Positions 27,768-28,697 of a stretch of DNA of 28,697 nucleotides are shown piece by piece. Location: the IMG/VR virus record IMGVR_UViG_3300012286_000370, positions 1 through 28,697 of that record. One strand, written 5' to 3'. Source of the stretch: a virus (Duplodnaviria; Caudoviricetes). A model generated the notes under the pieces. That model worked only from the letters and a program-made list of their open reading frames with translations, was not told the origin of the DNA and made no database searches. Position numbers and translations under genes: made by a program. Within the stretch, counting starts at the first letter, position 1; the number at the start of each line of letters is the position of its first letter.

Positions 27768-28024
27768 AACCATATACAGACATAGAAGTTACTGACAAAT
27801 ATATTATTCGTGAATTTAGCGAAAATATAGATCCAATTGAACTATTATGGCATCGTGATGATGAAGATAGAACAGTTGAAATTCTAGAAGATACAAATTG
27901 GCAACTTCAATTAGATAATCAGTTGCCTACCTCACTAAAAGAGCGTATATTTATACCAAGACACGAATGGCATCGTGTGATAAAAGGAACAGGAACACTT
28001 AAGTTAAAGATACATAAATCATGA
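27764..28024 (+). CDS. cupin-fold protein
   Basis: WHRDDEDR...IFIPRHEWHRVIKG matches the two cupin motifs. Confidence 0.65.
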   Translation: MKPYTDIEVTDKYIIREFSENIDPIELLWHRDDEDRTVEILEDTNWQLQLDNQLPTSLKERIFIPRHEWHRVIKGTGTLKLKIHKS

Positions 28025-28305
28025 AATTAGATAATTTAAAACAATTAGTTAAAGAAGAACTTAAACGTGCTTTAAACGAAGAAGAATTAAAAGACCAAGT
28101 TCCCACTGAACCAGGAAAATATAAAGTAGAATATACTATTGATAACGGTACAGGAGCTGATTTTGATGTAGTAGAAATTACTCAAAATGATATAGATGAT
28201 GCTATCAACTCTAATACAAATTCACTATGGTTTTGGAAATCATTAATTGATAATAATCTTTTCGGACGTGGAGATAGAGTAATGAATGTTGGAAAAATGG
28301 CATAA
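28021..28305 (+). CDS. hypothetical protein with LKQLVKE-type leader
   Basis: MKLDNLKQLVKEELKRALNE leader followed by a small beta-rich domain. Confidence 0.7.
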   Translation: MKLDNLKQLVKEELKRALNEEELKDQVPTEPGKYKVEYTIDNGTGADFDVVEITQNDIDDAINSNTNSLWFWKSLIDNNLFGRGDRVMNVGKMA

Positions 28306-28311
28306 CATATA

Positions 28312-28355
28312 GACAGATTCATAGCCTGTCGATTTAAGAAATTTTAGGAGCTGTG
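28312..28355 (+). ncRNA. candidate cis-regulatory RNA (H-type pseudoknot)
   Basis: Stem GACAG (28312-16)/CTGTC (28326-30). Loop CATAGC (28320-25) can pair with GCTGTG (28350-55). Confidence 0.35.
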
Positions 28356-28386
28356 GCCCAATCTTTGGATTGGGTCACTTTTTTTT
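28353..28386 (+). terminator. intrinsic terminator
   Basis: 11-bp stem GTGGCCCAATC/GATTGGGTCAC (one G-U), TTTG loop, followed by 8 T. Confidence 0.85.
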
Positions 28387-28395
28387 GTATATTTA
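28364..28395 (+). promoter_or_regulatory. putative Bacteroidota-type (-33/-7) promoter overlapping the terminator
   Basis: TTTG (28364-67, the terminator loop), 20-nt spacer, TATATTTA (28388-95). ATG at 28412. Confidence 0.4.
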
Positions 28396-28411
28396 AAACA
28401 TAAAATAGATT

Positions 28412-28697
28412 ATGGACAAGAAAATAGTAATAGTAGGAGCAGGCGTTGCCGGTGTCAATGCTGCAACAAAATTAGTGGATAATGGATATCCTGGAGAACT
28501 AATCACAATCATCGATATGGGTAAAGATCCATACCAACGTAAACCTGAAGAAGTAATGACAGGTTTCCTTGGTGCTGGAGGCTGGTCAGACGGTAAATTG
28601 ACTTATCACACAGCCATTGGAGGGCAATTATCAAAATATTGTGGTGAGGAAAAAGCAATGGAATTGATGGATCAAGTGATTACCAATTTCAAACGTT
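28412..28697 (+). CDS. FAD-dependent oxidoreductase (COG2509-like), 3'-truncated by the window
   Basis: MDKKIVIVGAGVAG Rossmann GxGxxG and GFLGAGGWSDGKL motif. Open to the window end and absent from the ORF track. Confidence 0.8.
   Translation, partial: MDKKIVIVGAGVAGVNAATKLVDNGYPGELITIIDMGKDPYQRKPEEVMTGFLGAGGWSDGKLTYHTAIGGQLSKYCGEEKAMELMDQVITNFKR

Noticed and set aside
1356-27773. All minus-strand ORFs in the track (1356, 1622, 10469, 18777, 19106, 20957, 22047, 22632, 23448, 23901, 24167, 25841, 26126, 27444)
   Set aside because: Short and lying antisense to convincing + strand genes, with shadow-like composition and no motifs. 24167..24391 is the shadow of the Hc1-like gene.
1-28697. Stop-codon reassignment as in some large phages
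   Set aside because: The standard code gives long intact ORFs at high density. TAG (1262, 13556) and TGA stops fall at sensible gene ends.

Overview
AT-rich, densely packed, entirely + strand segment of a large T4-like (contractile-tailed) dsDNA phage genome. The host is probably Bacteroidota: starts are A-rich without Shine-Dalgarno sequences, there are TTTG-N19/20-TAnnTT promoter-like sites, a SusC-type carboxypeptidase-regulatory-like domain and an Hc1-like histone protein. Gene order: end of an HD-domain gene, a small membrane protein and a gp55-like late sigma factor; a baseplate/tail module (gp5-like spike, gp25, gp6, 1814-aa gp7-like wedge, two paralogous structural proteins, short fibre), with several genes preceded by an ATATTTAT(A) late-promoter motif; a GIY-YIG/primase/PD-(D/E)XK exonuclease block; then a ~9 kb cluster (18996-28305). 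Most proteins in that cluster carry short N-terminal leaders ending in [LIV]-x-E, and some have internal domains separated by the same motif. This suggests capsid-targeted, prohead-protease-processed cargo: a P-loop kinase, a five-domain polyvalent protein (HIGH nucleotidyltransferase, BECR-like RNase, two zincins, Zn ribbon), a HAD nucleotidase, a nuclease, and EF-hand and HiPIP-like modules. The window ends with a pseudoknot-plus-terminator element (riboswitch-like candidate) ahead of a truncated FAD-dependent oxidoreductase. All family assignments come from motif recognition by eye; no database searches were run.
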